From the IMG/VR virus record IMGVR_UViG_3300030333_001711: a stretch of 64,000 nucleotides of DNA; one strand, given 5' to 3'. Of the stretch, positions 1 through 7,336 are shown in pieces. The stretch is from an uncultured virus (IMG/VR IMGVR_UViG_3300030333_001711) (taxonomy: Duplodnaviria > Heunggongvirae > Uroviricota > Caudoviricetes). The position numbers and the translations under genes are program-made. The first letter of the stretch is position 1, and each line of letters starts with the position of its first letter. The notes beneath the pieces are model-generated. The model saw only the letters and a program-made list of their open reading frames with translations. It was not told where the DNA came from and searched no databases.

Positions 1-71
1 TTGCACTAGCAGTATTGTTTGTTGCAAACAAATCATATTTTTCAAGTCCATTCAATGAGGATAACAAGTAA
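1..71 (+). CDS. 3' end of a small hypothetical protein (partial)
   Basis: Frame from base 3 reads ALAVLFVANKSYFSSPFNEDNK*; its stop overlaps the next ATG (TAATG). Confidence 0.45.
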   Translation, partial: ALAVLFVANKSYFSSPFNEDNK

Positions 72-289
72 TGGAACTCACTAAAAAACAACACGATAAT
101 CTCATAGAAATATTTGTTGAGAGGGTAGTTGACAATATGAATACTGTTCAACTTGCCGAGTATGTATCAGCAGATATGATCGAATGTTTTGGTAGTATGC
201 CACAACAAGAGTGTATAGAGAATATGTACTCATATTATGATGAGGAATTTGTTGAAGAACTAATAGAGGAGGTTAAGGAAATTGACTAA
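71..289 (+). CDS. small acidic hypothetical early protein
   Basis: 72-aa D/E-rich ORF in a tightly packed + strand array. Confidence 0.75.
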   Translation: MELTKKQHDNLIEIFVERVVDNMNTVQLAEYVSADMIECFGSMPQQECIENMYSYYDEEFVEELIEEVKEID

Positions 290-464
290 GTACAGAGATC
301 AAAAAGCAACTATTTTTTCAGAGATTGCATCAATCCTCGAAGATGGGGATAATGGTACACCTTATGATTTAATAGATTTTATGATCGAATTGATGACTAA
401 AGATCAACTTAATCAAGTTGAGGATTTAATCACTAATCAGTATCAACAGTATCACGAGGACTAA
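282..464 (+). CDS. small acidic hypothetical protein
   Basis: 60-aa ORF with TTG start, preceded by GGAGG/AAGGA. Confidence 0.65.
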   Translation: MTKYRDQKATIFSEIASILEDGDNGTPYDLIDFMIELMTKDQLNQVEDLITNQYQQYHED

Positions 465-467
465 TCA

Positions 468-629
468 ATGTATTATGAAGAGGGATTATGGGAATATGCC
501 ACAGATAAGGCATACGAAATGATGAAACACAGGAAACAATTTCTTGATGATGATACATTTAATTATCAAATAGAATACTGGACTAAAAAAGTATATCAAG
601 AAAATTCACACTTAAGAGGTATTGATTAA
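468..629 (+). CDS. hypothetical protein (53 aa, not in ORF track)
   Basis: Reads MYYEEGLWEYATDKAYEMMKHRKQF...RGID*; GAGGA upstream; TAATG coupling to the next ORF. Confidence 0.65.
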   Translation: MYYEEGLWEYATDKAYEMMKHRKQFLDDDTFNYQIEYWTKKVYQENSHLRGID

Positions 630-820
630 TGTTAATGTGCAAACCAGTAAATACTTTCAAAACTGAAATATGTGTTGATTGTGGTAATCTATGTTCACTT
701 GGAACAGGTAGATATGTCAATCGTTATGCAGTATATAACGAGGAAATCGAAGGTTGGAGGTGTGGATTTTGTGCTGAAGAACTAGACGCACTTATGGAAG
801 ATTTGATAGAGGACAATTAA
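629..820 (+). CDS. small putative Zn-binding protein
   Basis: Two CxxC pairs (CVDC, CGFC). Confidence 0.7.
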   Translation: MLMCKPVNTFKTEICVDCGNLCSLGTGRYVNRYAVYNEEIEGWRCGFCAEELDALMEDLIEDN

Positions 821-889
821 AATATTGTCACACTAACTATTGCATTATATACAAAATAGTTTTAATATTAAATCAGTTACAACAACACT
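811..889 (+). promoter_or_regulatory. class A early promoter: GGACA-N10-TGTCA palindrome, sigma70-like -35/-10, AACAACACT leader
   Basis: Palindrome 811-830, TTGCAT 840-845, TAATAT 863-868, AACAACACTATG 881-892. Confidence 0.75.
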
Positions 890-1072
890 ATGACCAACTA
901 TGAAGCATTATTAACTCTCATAGGAGACATCAACAACGCTTTTTGTCACTTAGAAGATGAGGAAGTTGCTGATATATGTGATGGAGACATCAAACTGTTA
1001 GACAAAGCAGTTAAGAGATTTAAAACAACTGTATGGGAGAATCAGTTATGTAAGGAGGTCGATCAGTTATGA
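890..1072 (+). CDS. hypothetical early protein
   Basis: 60-aa ORF directly after the promoter cassette. Confidence 0.75.
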   Translation: MTNYEALLTLIGDINNAFCHLEDEEVADICDGDIKLLDKAVKRFKTTVWENQLCKEVDQL

Positions 1073-1314
1073 TGACCTATGAGAACTGGATAAAGAGTTG
1101 CCCTGACCCTGTTCGATTTGCTACAAATTACGTTGATATAGAATCTGACGTATTATCTGTTATTGACACATACGACAGGGAAGAATGGGATAAATCAAAA
1201 ATTGATGAGGAATTTATCAAGGACATTTGTTATCAAGTTTACGATCAAGATTGGTCAGAATGGAATGATTTTATTGCTTATTTAATCGACAACAAAATGG
1301 AGGAAATCTTATGA
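1069..1314 (+). CDS. acidic hypothetical protein
   Basis: 81 aa, strongly D/E- and aromatic-rich; GGAGG upstream. Confidence 0.75.
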   Translation: MMTYENWIKSCPDPVRFATNYVDIESDVLSVIDTYDREEWDKSKIDEEFIKDICYQVYDQDWSEWNDFIAYLIDNKMEEIL

Positions 1315-1385
1315 TTATCTTAACAATTCTAGTAATTATATTTGTTATAATATTAATGTTAAACTACTACAACCCACATCACTAA
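1311..1385 (+). CDS. 24-aa single-pass membrane micropeptide
   Basis: MIILTILVIIFVIILMLNYYNPHH*; ATGA overlap with the upstream ORF; GGAGG upstream. Confidence 0.5.
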   Translation: MIILTILVIIFVIILMLNYYNPHH

Positions 1386-1386
1386 A

Positions 1387-1725
1387 ATGTATCAACTTAA
1401 TTTAACAGCAAGAGAACTAGGTTTAGTTGCAAATCAATTAGGTTACTGTTATTGTGACCTAGATGAGAACAATGCACCGTCAGGAATGGCATTTGACCGA
1501 TACGGTAAAGATGCAGTTGTAGGAGCATTTAGAAAGGTTCAAGAACTCATTAACGATCAATGGTTAACAGAGAATGAACTAGAATTATCTAAAGAGCAAC
1601 GTAAAACTACATTTCCAATACCTAGTGAATCAGCATTTGGTATTGAGAGAGATTTCGAGGTGCTAAGAATGAAAAGAAAAGATCACAATAAAATTTCTAA
1701 AAGACCTACTTCATTCTATATGTAA
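1387..1725 (+). CDS. hypothetical protein
   Basis: 112-aa ORF in the array. Confidence 0.7.
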   Translation: MYQLNLTARELGLVANQLGYCYCDLDENNAPSGMAFDRYGKDAVVGAFRKVQELINDQWLTENELELSKEQRKTTFPIPSESAFGIERDFEVLRMKRKDHNKISKRPTSFYM

Positions 1726-1727
1726 TT

Positions 1728-1961
1728 ATGAAACAATTTAACATAACAATAAACGAAACAGAGCAACAGATTTTAATTGACTCTATGATGTTCTTTTTTA
1801 CATTCTATAACAATGAAACAAAAGGTAATGACACATCAAATACCGTTGATATGTATAGAGTATGGTATAAAAAGAACAAATTAAAAGATAGCAAAGCAAC
1901 ATTTGAAAAAGTATTCTATGCTATGACAGATAAAAAAGTGTCACTACCAGAATTGAAATAG
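1728..1961 (+). CDS. hypothetical protein
   Basis: 77-aa ORF; its 3' end overlaps the next promoter palindrome. Confidence 0.7.
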   Translation: MKQFNITINETEQQILIDSMMFFFTFYNNETKGNDTSNTVDMYRVWYKKNKLKDSKATFEKVFYAMTDKKVSLPELK

Positions 1962-2004
1962 ACACATTATCGTTTAATATTAAATCAAGAAACAAAACAC
2001 TATT
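1924..2004 (+). promoter_or_regulatory. class A early promoter
   Basis: TGACA-N10-TGTCA 1924-1943, TTGAAA 1953-1958, TAATAT 1975-1980, AACAAAACACT leader. Confidence 0.75.
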
Positions 2005-2172
2005 ATGTCAGTTTTACATCACGAGTCAATCTTAGAAACACTTTATGATGAAGTTGTTGCCGAGTCACTCGAAAATCTAAGAAAAGCAGGATTCAATGTT
2101 AAAGAGTCCGATCTTGATATGGTTGCTATAGATGCCACAGTTGGTAGGAGGTTCGAGGACTTATGCCTATAA
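2005..2172 (+). CDS. hypothetical protein (55 aa, not in ORF track)
   Basis: MSVLHHESILETLYDEVVAES...RRFEDLCL*; first gene after the promoter cassette. Confidence 0.7.
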   Translation: MSVLHHESILETLYDEVVAESLENLRKAGFNVKESDLDMVAIDATVGRRFEDLCL

Positions 2173-2330
2173 TCAAACTATCAATCGAAGAGCATCAATC
2201 ACTCACTAGGTTATTATCACACCCTAAAACAATGAAATATAGGAGTGATTTATATGATACAGAAACTTTTGACTCAATGGAAGATAAAGTTTATGATGCA
2301 GTAAACAACTTAACAGTAGAGGATTTCTAA
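2163..2330 (+). CDS. hypothetical protein (55 aa, not in ORF track)
   Basis: MPIIKLSIEEHQSL...VEDF*; GAGGA upstream; fills the gap in the array. Confidence 0.6.
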   Translation: MPIIKLSIEEHQSLTRLLSHPKTMKYRSDLYDTETFDSMEDKVYDAVNNLTVEDF

Positions 2331-2331
2331 A

Positions 2332-2547
2332 ATGAAAACAGAATCACTAGATAAATCTATTGATGTCTTAATTGACACAATAATGAAATCAACTATTAGA
2401 GCAGTTGATGAGAACCGTATGGAGGACTCAAAAGCATTATTTGATGAATTTGTTGTAGATGGTAAAGAACCATTAACAGACAATTTCGAGTGGTTATACA
2501 CTTATTACAAATTTGATGATTCAATGCGAGGTATTGAAAATGATTAA
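2332..2547 (+). CDS. hypothetical protein
   Basis: 71-aa acidic ORF; GAGGA upstream. Confidence 0.75.
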   Translation: MKTESLDKSIDVLIDTIMKSTIRAVDENRMEDSKALFDEFVVDGKEPLTDNFEWLYTYYKFDDSMRGIEND

Positions 2548-2701
2548 TGTACAGATTACTTTTGATGAAGCATACCAGTTTATTAAACTGTATGATATTC
2601 TAAGGGATATGGATATGCCCTTAACAGAAAAACAAATGAGTGTATTTGAGAAAGTACAATATGCTCAAAGTAGTTCACATTATCAGGATTTACCACAATG
2701 A
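2540..2701 (+). CDS. hypothetical protein
   Basis: Likely start at ATG 2540 (MINVQITF...), preceded by GAGGT. Confidence 0.65.
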   Translation: MINVQITFDEAYQFIKLYDILRDMDMPLTEKQMSVFEKVQYAQSSSHYQDLPQ

Positions 2702-3072
2702 GCAAATTAACACCATTTCAACAGGCACTAGCAACAAATATGGGTCAAGAAAAATTAGACTCAGATAATCTAGTTACACTTGTAAGAAGAAGATTTCTTT
2801 TAGAAGAAGTTGTATTGACAAGAGAACAGTACGAAAATTACTCATCTAAGGTTGATAGTACTGGTTTTACTTGGGATTCATTAAAATGGGAAAATGCTCA
2901 ATGGGAAGATTATGAATTTGAAAACACTTATTATAGTGCCTATGAAGGCGATATTACAAGTTTTACTGATGATGTAGTTGCATTTATGCAACCTGACCCA
3001 GAAAATCGTTTATCTTATGAACAGTTGCCACTACTGAATAGTGACGATTTTTACGATCAATTCAACAAATAA
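2698..3072 (+). CDS. hypothetical acidic protein
   Basis: 124-aa ORF with ATGA overlap. Confidence 0.75.
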   Translation: MSKLTPFQQALATNMGQEKLDSDNLVTLVRRRFLLEEVVLTREQYENYSSKVDSTGFTWDSLKWENAQWEDYEFENTYYSAYEGDITSFTDDVVAFMQPDPENRLSYEQLPLLNSDDFYDQFNK

Positions 3073-3078
3073 TTTGAG

Positions 3079-3161
3079 GGTGTGACAGTAAAAATATTGT
3101 CACACCTTTTATTGTATTTGATACAAAATGGTTTAATATACAAATAGTTAAAAACAACACT
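3079..3161 (+). promoter_or_regulatory. class A early promoter with extended palindrome
   Basis: GGTGTGACA-N10-TGTCACACC 3079-3106, TTGTAT 3112-3117, TAATAT 3134-3139, AAAACAACACTATG. Confidence 0.8.
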
Positions 3162-3425
3162 ATGAACTTTGAAAAAATTTTAGAACAGTTCCAAACTGAC
3201 CTAGAAAACTATTGTAAGGAAAATCAGTCCTTACACCCTATGAATCAAGATTTTTGGTTTAGTCAATTTGAAAATGACATTTACGAAATGCAGGAAATCG
3301 TTGACGGTATTCTAGGATTTGACTTTCAAGAAGCGTATAACTCTCAATATGACCCTGAGAGAGTGACTACACCCGAAGAAAGGGATAGAATCGCATTTCA
3401 GCAAAAAATGGAAGCGAAGGGTTAA
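3162..3425 (+). CDS. hypothetical acidic protein
   Basis: 87-aa ORF after the promoter. Confidence 0.75.
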   Translation: MNFEKILEQFQTDLENYCKENQSLHPMNQDFWFSQFENDIYEMQEIVDGILGFDFQEAYNSQYDPERVTTPEERDRIAFQQKMEAKG

Positions 3426-3426
3426 T

Positions 3427-3642
3427 ATGCAGTACTTAGTAACCGATATTGAATTTGACTTCAATGAAGATTTACCAGATTATTATAGTGTCTCATTTGA
3501 TGACCAAAAACTAATAATCAATGACAATTTAGGTTTATGGGAAGCAACCGACCCTGATGATTTAATCGAAGAAGTGACCGCTAACGCAGGTTGGTGCATT
3601 AAATCAATCGACTACAAAATACAATTAAAAGAGGACTTTTAA
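3427..3642 (+). CDS. hypothetical acidic protein
   Basis: 71 aa; VTDIEFDF...WEA.D.DDLIEEVT..GWCI pattern typical of small cyanophage early proteins. Confidence 0.75.
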   Translation: MQYLVTDIEFDFNEDLPDYYSVSFDDQKLIINDNLGLWEATDPDDLIEEVTANAGWCIKSIDYKIQLKEDF

Positions 3643-3644
3643 AA

Positions 3645-3860
3645 ATGAATGAACTAAAAAGATATTACATCAATGTAAAATTCGATAAATACGGAACATA
3701 TACTTTTGAAGCAAAAAGTAAGGAACACGCTATTGAACTTTACAAAAATGGGGATTATGATTTTTCAGATTATACTGAAGATTTTGGGGAATTTAATGAA
3801 GTTATAGAAGATATTGAAGAAGAAATTTTTACAGATACTCAACTATCATTAGCAATTTAA
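3645..3860 (+). CDS. hypothetical acidic protein
   Basis: 71 aa; contains the FEAKSKEHAIE motif common in small phage proteins. Confidence 0.75.
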   Translation: MNELKRYYINVKFDKYGTYTFEAKSKEHAIELYKNGDYDFSDYTEDFGEFNEVIEDIEEEIFTDTQLSLAI

Positions 3861-3932
3861 TTATTTCTTAACAATTCAAATATCCATTATTCATTATTTT
3901 ATGTTATGATGGATTCATATACAAAAAACACT
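3857..3932 (+). promoter_or_regulatory. class B early promoter (11-bp TTAA direct repeat plus extended -10)
   Basis: TTAA at 3857 and 3868, TGTTATGAT 3902-3910, ACAAAAAACACTATG leader. Confidence 0.65.
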
Positions 3933-4187
3933 ATGGACAACTTTAAAGAATTTCTTGATTATTGTGAATCATTTTATTCACCTAGTCACCCTGATGTGCT
4001 TTACCCTATTGATGGTTTAACTAGGGAAGAATTAGCACTTGCAACTTTAAACTATCTCGACCTATGTGAAGTAGGCACTCACGTTACTTGGGGCGGTGGG
4101 GATTCTCTTGATAGAGAGAGAGTAAGAGATTTTGTTATTGAGCGTAGAGCAACTAATCAAACATTATCAAAAATGGGGGTGGCATAA
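3933..4187 (+). CDS. hypothetical protein
   Basis: Start moved to ATG 3933 after the leader motif; contains WGGGDSLDRERVRD. Confidence 0.75.
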   Translation: MDNFKEFLDYCESFYSPSHPDVLYPIDGLTREELALATLNYLDLCEVGTHVTWGGGDSLDRERVRDFVIERRATNQTLSKMGVA

Positions 4188-4411
4188 TGGCATTATGTGA
4201 CGTATGTGGTAATTTTGATGATGAGCATACTGACGGAGAACCGTCAATTAGGGCATTACCAGATTATCAACCTGATCTCTATTACTATTGGGATTATCCA
4301 ATAGAAGAAAAATATAATTGGCGAGATCATTTTCCTGATGCTGATTGTCTTTGCGAAATTTGTTTTGATATAGCGAATCAAGAAAAGAAAATCAAATGGG
4401 AAAATAATTAA
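4187..4411 (+). CDS. putative Zn-binding protein
   Basis: CDVC ... CLCEIC. Confidence 0.7.
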   Translation: MALCDVCGNFDDEHTDGEPSIRALPDYQPDLYYYWDYPIEEKYNWRDHFPDADCLCEICFDIANQEKKIKWENN

Positions 4412-4489
4412 TTATTTCTTAATATTTCATTATTGACATATATCAGAAATATATGCAATAATAAATTATACAAAACAACACTAAAAAAA
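4408..4489 (+). promoter_or_regulatory. class B early promoter
   Basis: TTAA at 4408 and 4419, TTGACA 4433-4438, TGcAATAAT, CAAAACAACACTA leader. Confidence 0.7.
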
Positions 4490-4702
4490 ATGTCAAAAAA
4501 TCAATTCAATTTCAAATATACAGTTGAAACACCCAGATTATTTAATTCTGAGGTATATACTGATGATTTAGAAAAAGCAAAGGATTTATCCTTTGAATTT
4601 GGGTTAGATTATGAATATTCTTGTGTTCGAGATAACAAAACAGGGGAAATAATTGATGAAACAGGGAACATAATGGGGTTAGTAGAGGAGGGTATCGTAT
4701 AA
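4490..4702 (+). CDS. hypothetical protein
   Basis: Start moved to ATG 4490 (MSKNQFNF...), because the track start lies on the -35 hexamer. Confidence 0.7.
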   Translation: MSKNQFNFKYTVETPRLFNSEVYTDDLEKAKDLSFEFGLDYEYSCVRDNKTGEIIDETGNIMGLVEEGIV

Positions 4703-4839
4703 TGTTTACACAAAAAGAAATCCTCTATATGATAGAGTGTTTAAACTTTCATTATTCAGAAAATGATGACAAGAAAAATGAAATTATTGATGTCAATTCT
4801 GACATTTTAATTAAATTACATAAGGAGTTAATCAAGTGA
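4702..4839 (+). CDS. hypothetical protein (45 aa)
   Basis: MFTQKEILYMIECL...ELIK*; TAATG and GTGA overlaps; GGAGG upstream. Confidence 0.6.
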   Translation: MFTQKEILYMIECLNFHYSENDDKKNEIIDVNSDILIKLHKELIK

Positions 4840-5060
4840 AAATTAAGCAACTAATTGAAGAATTGGGTTTATTTGTTGATTATGAAAAATCAACTTGTAA
4901 ACCTGATGATAACATAACATTTTATTATTTGAAGAATAACCATTTAACAAATTGTCAATTTGAAAGTTTTTTCGATTGTAATTATGTTGATATTAATGAT
5001 AATGTTGATTATGAGTTTACAATTCAAGATACTAGCGAAATTATGGAGGATTCTAACTAA
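4836..5060 (+). CDS. hypothetical protein
   Basis: 74 aa; GTG start with AAGGAG upstream. Confidence 0.7.
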   Translation: MKIKQLIEELGLFVDYEKSTCKPDDNITFYYLKNNHLTNCQFESFFDCNYVDINDNVDYEFTIQDTSEIMEDSN

Positions 5061-5302
5061 TGAACCAAAAACAGTTTATCGAAGAAGTTTTTGAAATTGC
5101 ATACGGAGAAAATGCGATTAATCGAAATTTCACTTTTGAAGAAGTTATTGAAACATTAAGAGAATTTTCAGATAATGCTTTAATTTTTGAAGAATCAGGT
5201 TTAACTAGGGAAGAATTAGAGAATATCAGCGAAATTAGTCAAGAGTCCTATAAAAAGGGATATATTGATAGAAAAAAAGATGAATTGTTAAAAAAATGTT
5301 AA
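5060..5302 (+). CDS. hypothetical acidic protein
   Basis: 80 aa; FIEEVFEIAYG motif; GGAGG upstream. Confidence 0.75.
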   Translation: MNQKQFIEEVFEIAYGENAINRNFTFEEVIETLREFSDNALIFEESGLTREELENISEISQESYKKGYIDRKKDELLKKC

Positions 5303-5379
5303 GATCAATTTTTCCTATTGCATTATGCTTAATTTTCCCTTATATTGGTTATGTACAAACAACACTAACCTAACCTACT
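5286..5379 (+). promoter_or_regulatory. early promoter (inverted class B repeat)
   Basis: TGTTAA at 5286 and 5297, TTGCAT 5318-5323 - 17 bp - TATATT 5341-5346, AACAACACTAA leader. Confidence 0.7.
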
Positions 5380-5508
5380 ATGGATAAGGATTTAAAAATG
5401 CTTCATAGACTTATCAAATTTGCAGATAAGGAAATTGCGAAGCAAAACGCTAAAACTGAGATTCTTATAGATCAGTTTAACAACAGAAACAACTTACTTA
5501 GAGGTTAA
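5380..5508 (+). CDS. micro-protein (42 aa)
   Basis: MDKDLKMLHRLIKF...LLRG*, directly after the promoter/leader. Confidence 0.55.
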   Translation: MDKDLKMLHRLIKFADKEIAKQNAKTEILIDQFNNRNNLLRG

Positions 5509-5513
5509 ACAAA

Positions 5514-5648
5514 ATGAATAAAAGACTAGGTTTAATCTTTTTATTGTTACTTGTAATAAATCCTATTACAGGTAACTTTACAAGAGTTCAAATATCTAAA
5601 ACTCTTGATTTTACATCTAACATAATCCACCCTTATAGGTCATACTAA
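5514..5648 (+). CDS. micro-protein with N-terminal hydrophobic segment (44 aa)
   Basis: MNKRLGLIFLLLLVINPITG...; GAGG upstream. Confidence 0.55.
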   Translation: MNKRLGLIFLLLLVINPITGNFTRVQISKTLDFTSNIIHPYRSY

Positions 5649-5752
5649 TGGAATTATTTTTACTTATCGGTGGTTGTTATGCCTTATTCATAACTGGTAA
5701 AGCAATAGCAACTAACCTAGACTACCACGCTATACAAAAGGATAGAAAGTAA
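5648..5752 (+). CDS. membrane micro-protein (34 aa)
   Basis: MELFLLIGGCYALFITGKAIA...; TAATG coupling on both sides. Confidence 0.55.
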   Translation: MELFLLIGGCYALFITGKAIATNLDYHAIQKDRK

Positions 5753-5907
5753 TGAATGATGATTTTATGCCATCAATGAGTGATGACCTAATTAAACTTG
5801 CTGACCAATATGAAGGCAACTTATTAAACTATTTTTGCGGTATGAGTCCAAAACAAAGTAAAAAGTTTAATAAAATGATAAGAGACTCTAAGAAAAAAAG
5901 ATTTTAG
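5752..5907 (+). CDS. micro-protein (51 aa)
   Basis: MNDDFMPSMSDDLIKLADQYEGNLLNYFCGMS...KKRF*; TAATG coupling. Confidence 0.55.
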   Translation: MNDDFMPSMSDDLIKLADQYEGNLLNYFCGMSPKQSKKFNKMIRDSKKKRF

Positions 5908-5985
5908 ATTTTCTTAACAATTCAATCCACAATAATTAATTACCTATGCTAATATAGGTATATAAGCAAAAAACACTTTTTTAAA
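5903..5985 (+). promoter_or_regulatory. class B early promoter
   Basis: TTTAG/TTAAC 11 bp apart (5903, 5914), TGCTAATAT 5947-5955, AAAAAACACT leader. Confidence 0.6.
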
Positions 5986-6420
5986 ATGCCAACTTTGACT
6001 TTTTCAAAACCCAGTATTACAACCGCATTATTCGCTATGATGAAGTGTAATACAAAAGGAACTGGTCTAGGTAATACTGAAGTTATTACTAGGTTAGACG
6101 GTTCAAATATTGTTGACGTAAAATTTTACGATACAATAATTGCTTCAATCGACCACACACATTTTGGTTATAGGTCGGTTAAATTATACAATGGTGGATT
6201 TAGAACCAAAACAACTAAAGAGAGATTAAACGCAATTCTTAGTGAACTAACTAAGGATAGAGTTTATATCAAGCAAGTAAAAAAACAATGGGTAGTAATT
6301 GACACTTTAACTGGTGCAGAAATTCAATTCTACGAAGGTATGAAAGTATTTGAAAAGCATTTAACTATTTCAGATATTGATTATTTTAACACTAACGGAT
6401 ACTACCCACTAGCAAGTTAG
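5986..6420 (+). CDS. conserved phage early protein of unknown function
   Basis: Contains V.FYDTIIA...L.NGGF.TKTTKERLNAIL, a pattern I recognise from many phage hypotheticals. Confidence 0.8.
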   Translation: MPTLTFSKPSITTALFAMMKCNTKGTGLGNTEVITRLDGSNIVDVKFYDTIIASIDHTHFGYRSVKLYNGGFRTKTTKERLNAILSELTKDRVYIKQVKKQWVVIDTLTGAEIQFYEGMKVFEKHLTISDIDYFNTNGYYPLAS

Positions 6421-6423
6421 ATA

Positions 6424-6574
6424 ACTGGCATTAAAAGGTTTTAGTGTTCCCTTTTATGTAAGTCCAGTAATATTAATCATATCTCACACTATGGTTAATA
6501 TTGTTAGGTTAAATTGATAAATTTAAAAATTTGGTTTTTTTAAGGTTAGAATTGGGAACTCTAACCTTTTTTTT
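6424..6574 (+). ncRNA. candidate structured RNA / attenuator (three hairpins with alternative pairing)
   Basis: Stems 6424-6468, 6469-6502 and 6542-6568 plus U-tract; GTTCCC (6446-6451) is complementary to the terminator loop GGGAAC (6554-6559). Confidence 0.5.
6542..6574 (+). terminator. intrinsic terminator
   Basis: AAGGTTAGA/TCTAACCTT stem followed by a T-run. Confidence 0.75.
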
Positions 6575-6578
6575 ATGC

Positions 6579-6655
6579 TTTATTATTTCTTAATATTTCA
6601 TACTCACATAATGTAAAAAATATGTTATCATAGTATTAACAACACTAATTACACT
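6579..6655 (+). promoter_or_regulatory. class B early promoter
   Basis: TTTA/TTAA at 6579/6590, TGTTATCAT 6623-6631, AACAACACTAATTACACTATG leader. Confidence 0.65.
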
Positions 6656-6898
6656 ATGTTCGAGTTTTATCCTTACGCTACAGAGAAGGGAAATATCCCA
6701 AACACTATAGTAAGTAAAATTAATTTCCCTAATAATAATTTTGGTGCATCTATCGTTTACTTTGAAAATGATGGATTATATGAACTTGCTTTAACTAATA
6801 GTTTTGGAAGATTTATAACTGGTAATGGAGCAGAATATAAGTATTCTTGCACATTAGCAGAAATTAACTCATATTTGAGACAATGGAGCGAATATTAA
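6656..6898 (+). CDS. conserved phage hypothetical protein
   Basis: FPNN.FGASIV...GLYELA motif seen in many phage small proteins. Confidence 0.75.
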   Translation: MFEFYPYATEKGNIPNTIVSKINFPNNNFGASIVYFENDGLYELALTNSFGRFITGNGAEYKYSCTLAEINSYLRQWSEY

Positions 6899-6982
6899 GA
6901 GAATATTAAATTCTCTTTTTTACTCTCACATATTTTAAAAAATATGTTATCATTAATTTATACAAAACACTTTTTTCCCAAA
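6891..6982 (+). promoter_or_regulatory. terminator-like hairpin plus early promoter
   Basis: AAGAGAAT/ATTCTCTT hairpin with T-run 6897-6921; TGTTATCAT 6945-6953; ACAAAACACTTTTTTCCCAAAATG leader. Confidence 0.65.
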
Positions 6983-7264
6983 ATGTACAAAATTGCAAAT
7001 TTCACTCTTGACCTATCTACAATTACAACAGAGGATTTAGTTAAAGTACTTGATAAAAAATTTAACTATTGTGGAAACTGGAAGGCAACAGTTTATTCAC
7101 AGAAAAATTTAGAAGATATTGCCCATAATGTTTTACAAGTTTTATATAAACGTGATTCTTGGGTATATGATAATGAAATTTATGTTTCAAGCGAAGTTTT
7201 AGAAACTGTTTTAGAGACAGTAATTCACATTTATGAGGGATATGTAAACCTTAAGAGATTGTAA
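6983..7264 (+). CDS. hypothetical protein
   Basis: Start moved to ATG 6983 (MYKIANF...) after the leader motif. Confidence 0.7.
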   Translation: MYKIANFTLDLSTITTEDLVKVLDKKFNYCGNWKATVYSQKNLEDIAHNVLQVLYKRDSWVYDNEIYVSSEVLETVLETVIHIYEGYVNLKRL

Positions 7265-7336
7265 AAAATCTCTTTTTTTATTCCCATAAATCAAAAATTT
7301 ATGTTATCATTAATTTAACAACACTAATTTCCCAAA
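7253..7336 (+). promoter_or_regulatory. terminator-like hairpin plus early promoter
   Basis: AAGAGATT/AATCTCTT hairpin with T-run 7253-7279; TGTTATCAT 7302-7310; AACAACACTAATTTCCCAAAATG leader. Confidence 0.65.

Noticed and set aside
3081..3104. CRP or NtcA site
   Set aside because: Half-site spacing (TGTGA-N14-TCACA) fits neither CRP (N6) nor NtcA (GTA-N8-TAC)
6424..6470. Resemblance to twister/hammerhead ribozyme cores
   Set aside because: Required conserved catalytic segments and pseudoknot partners were not identifiable
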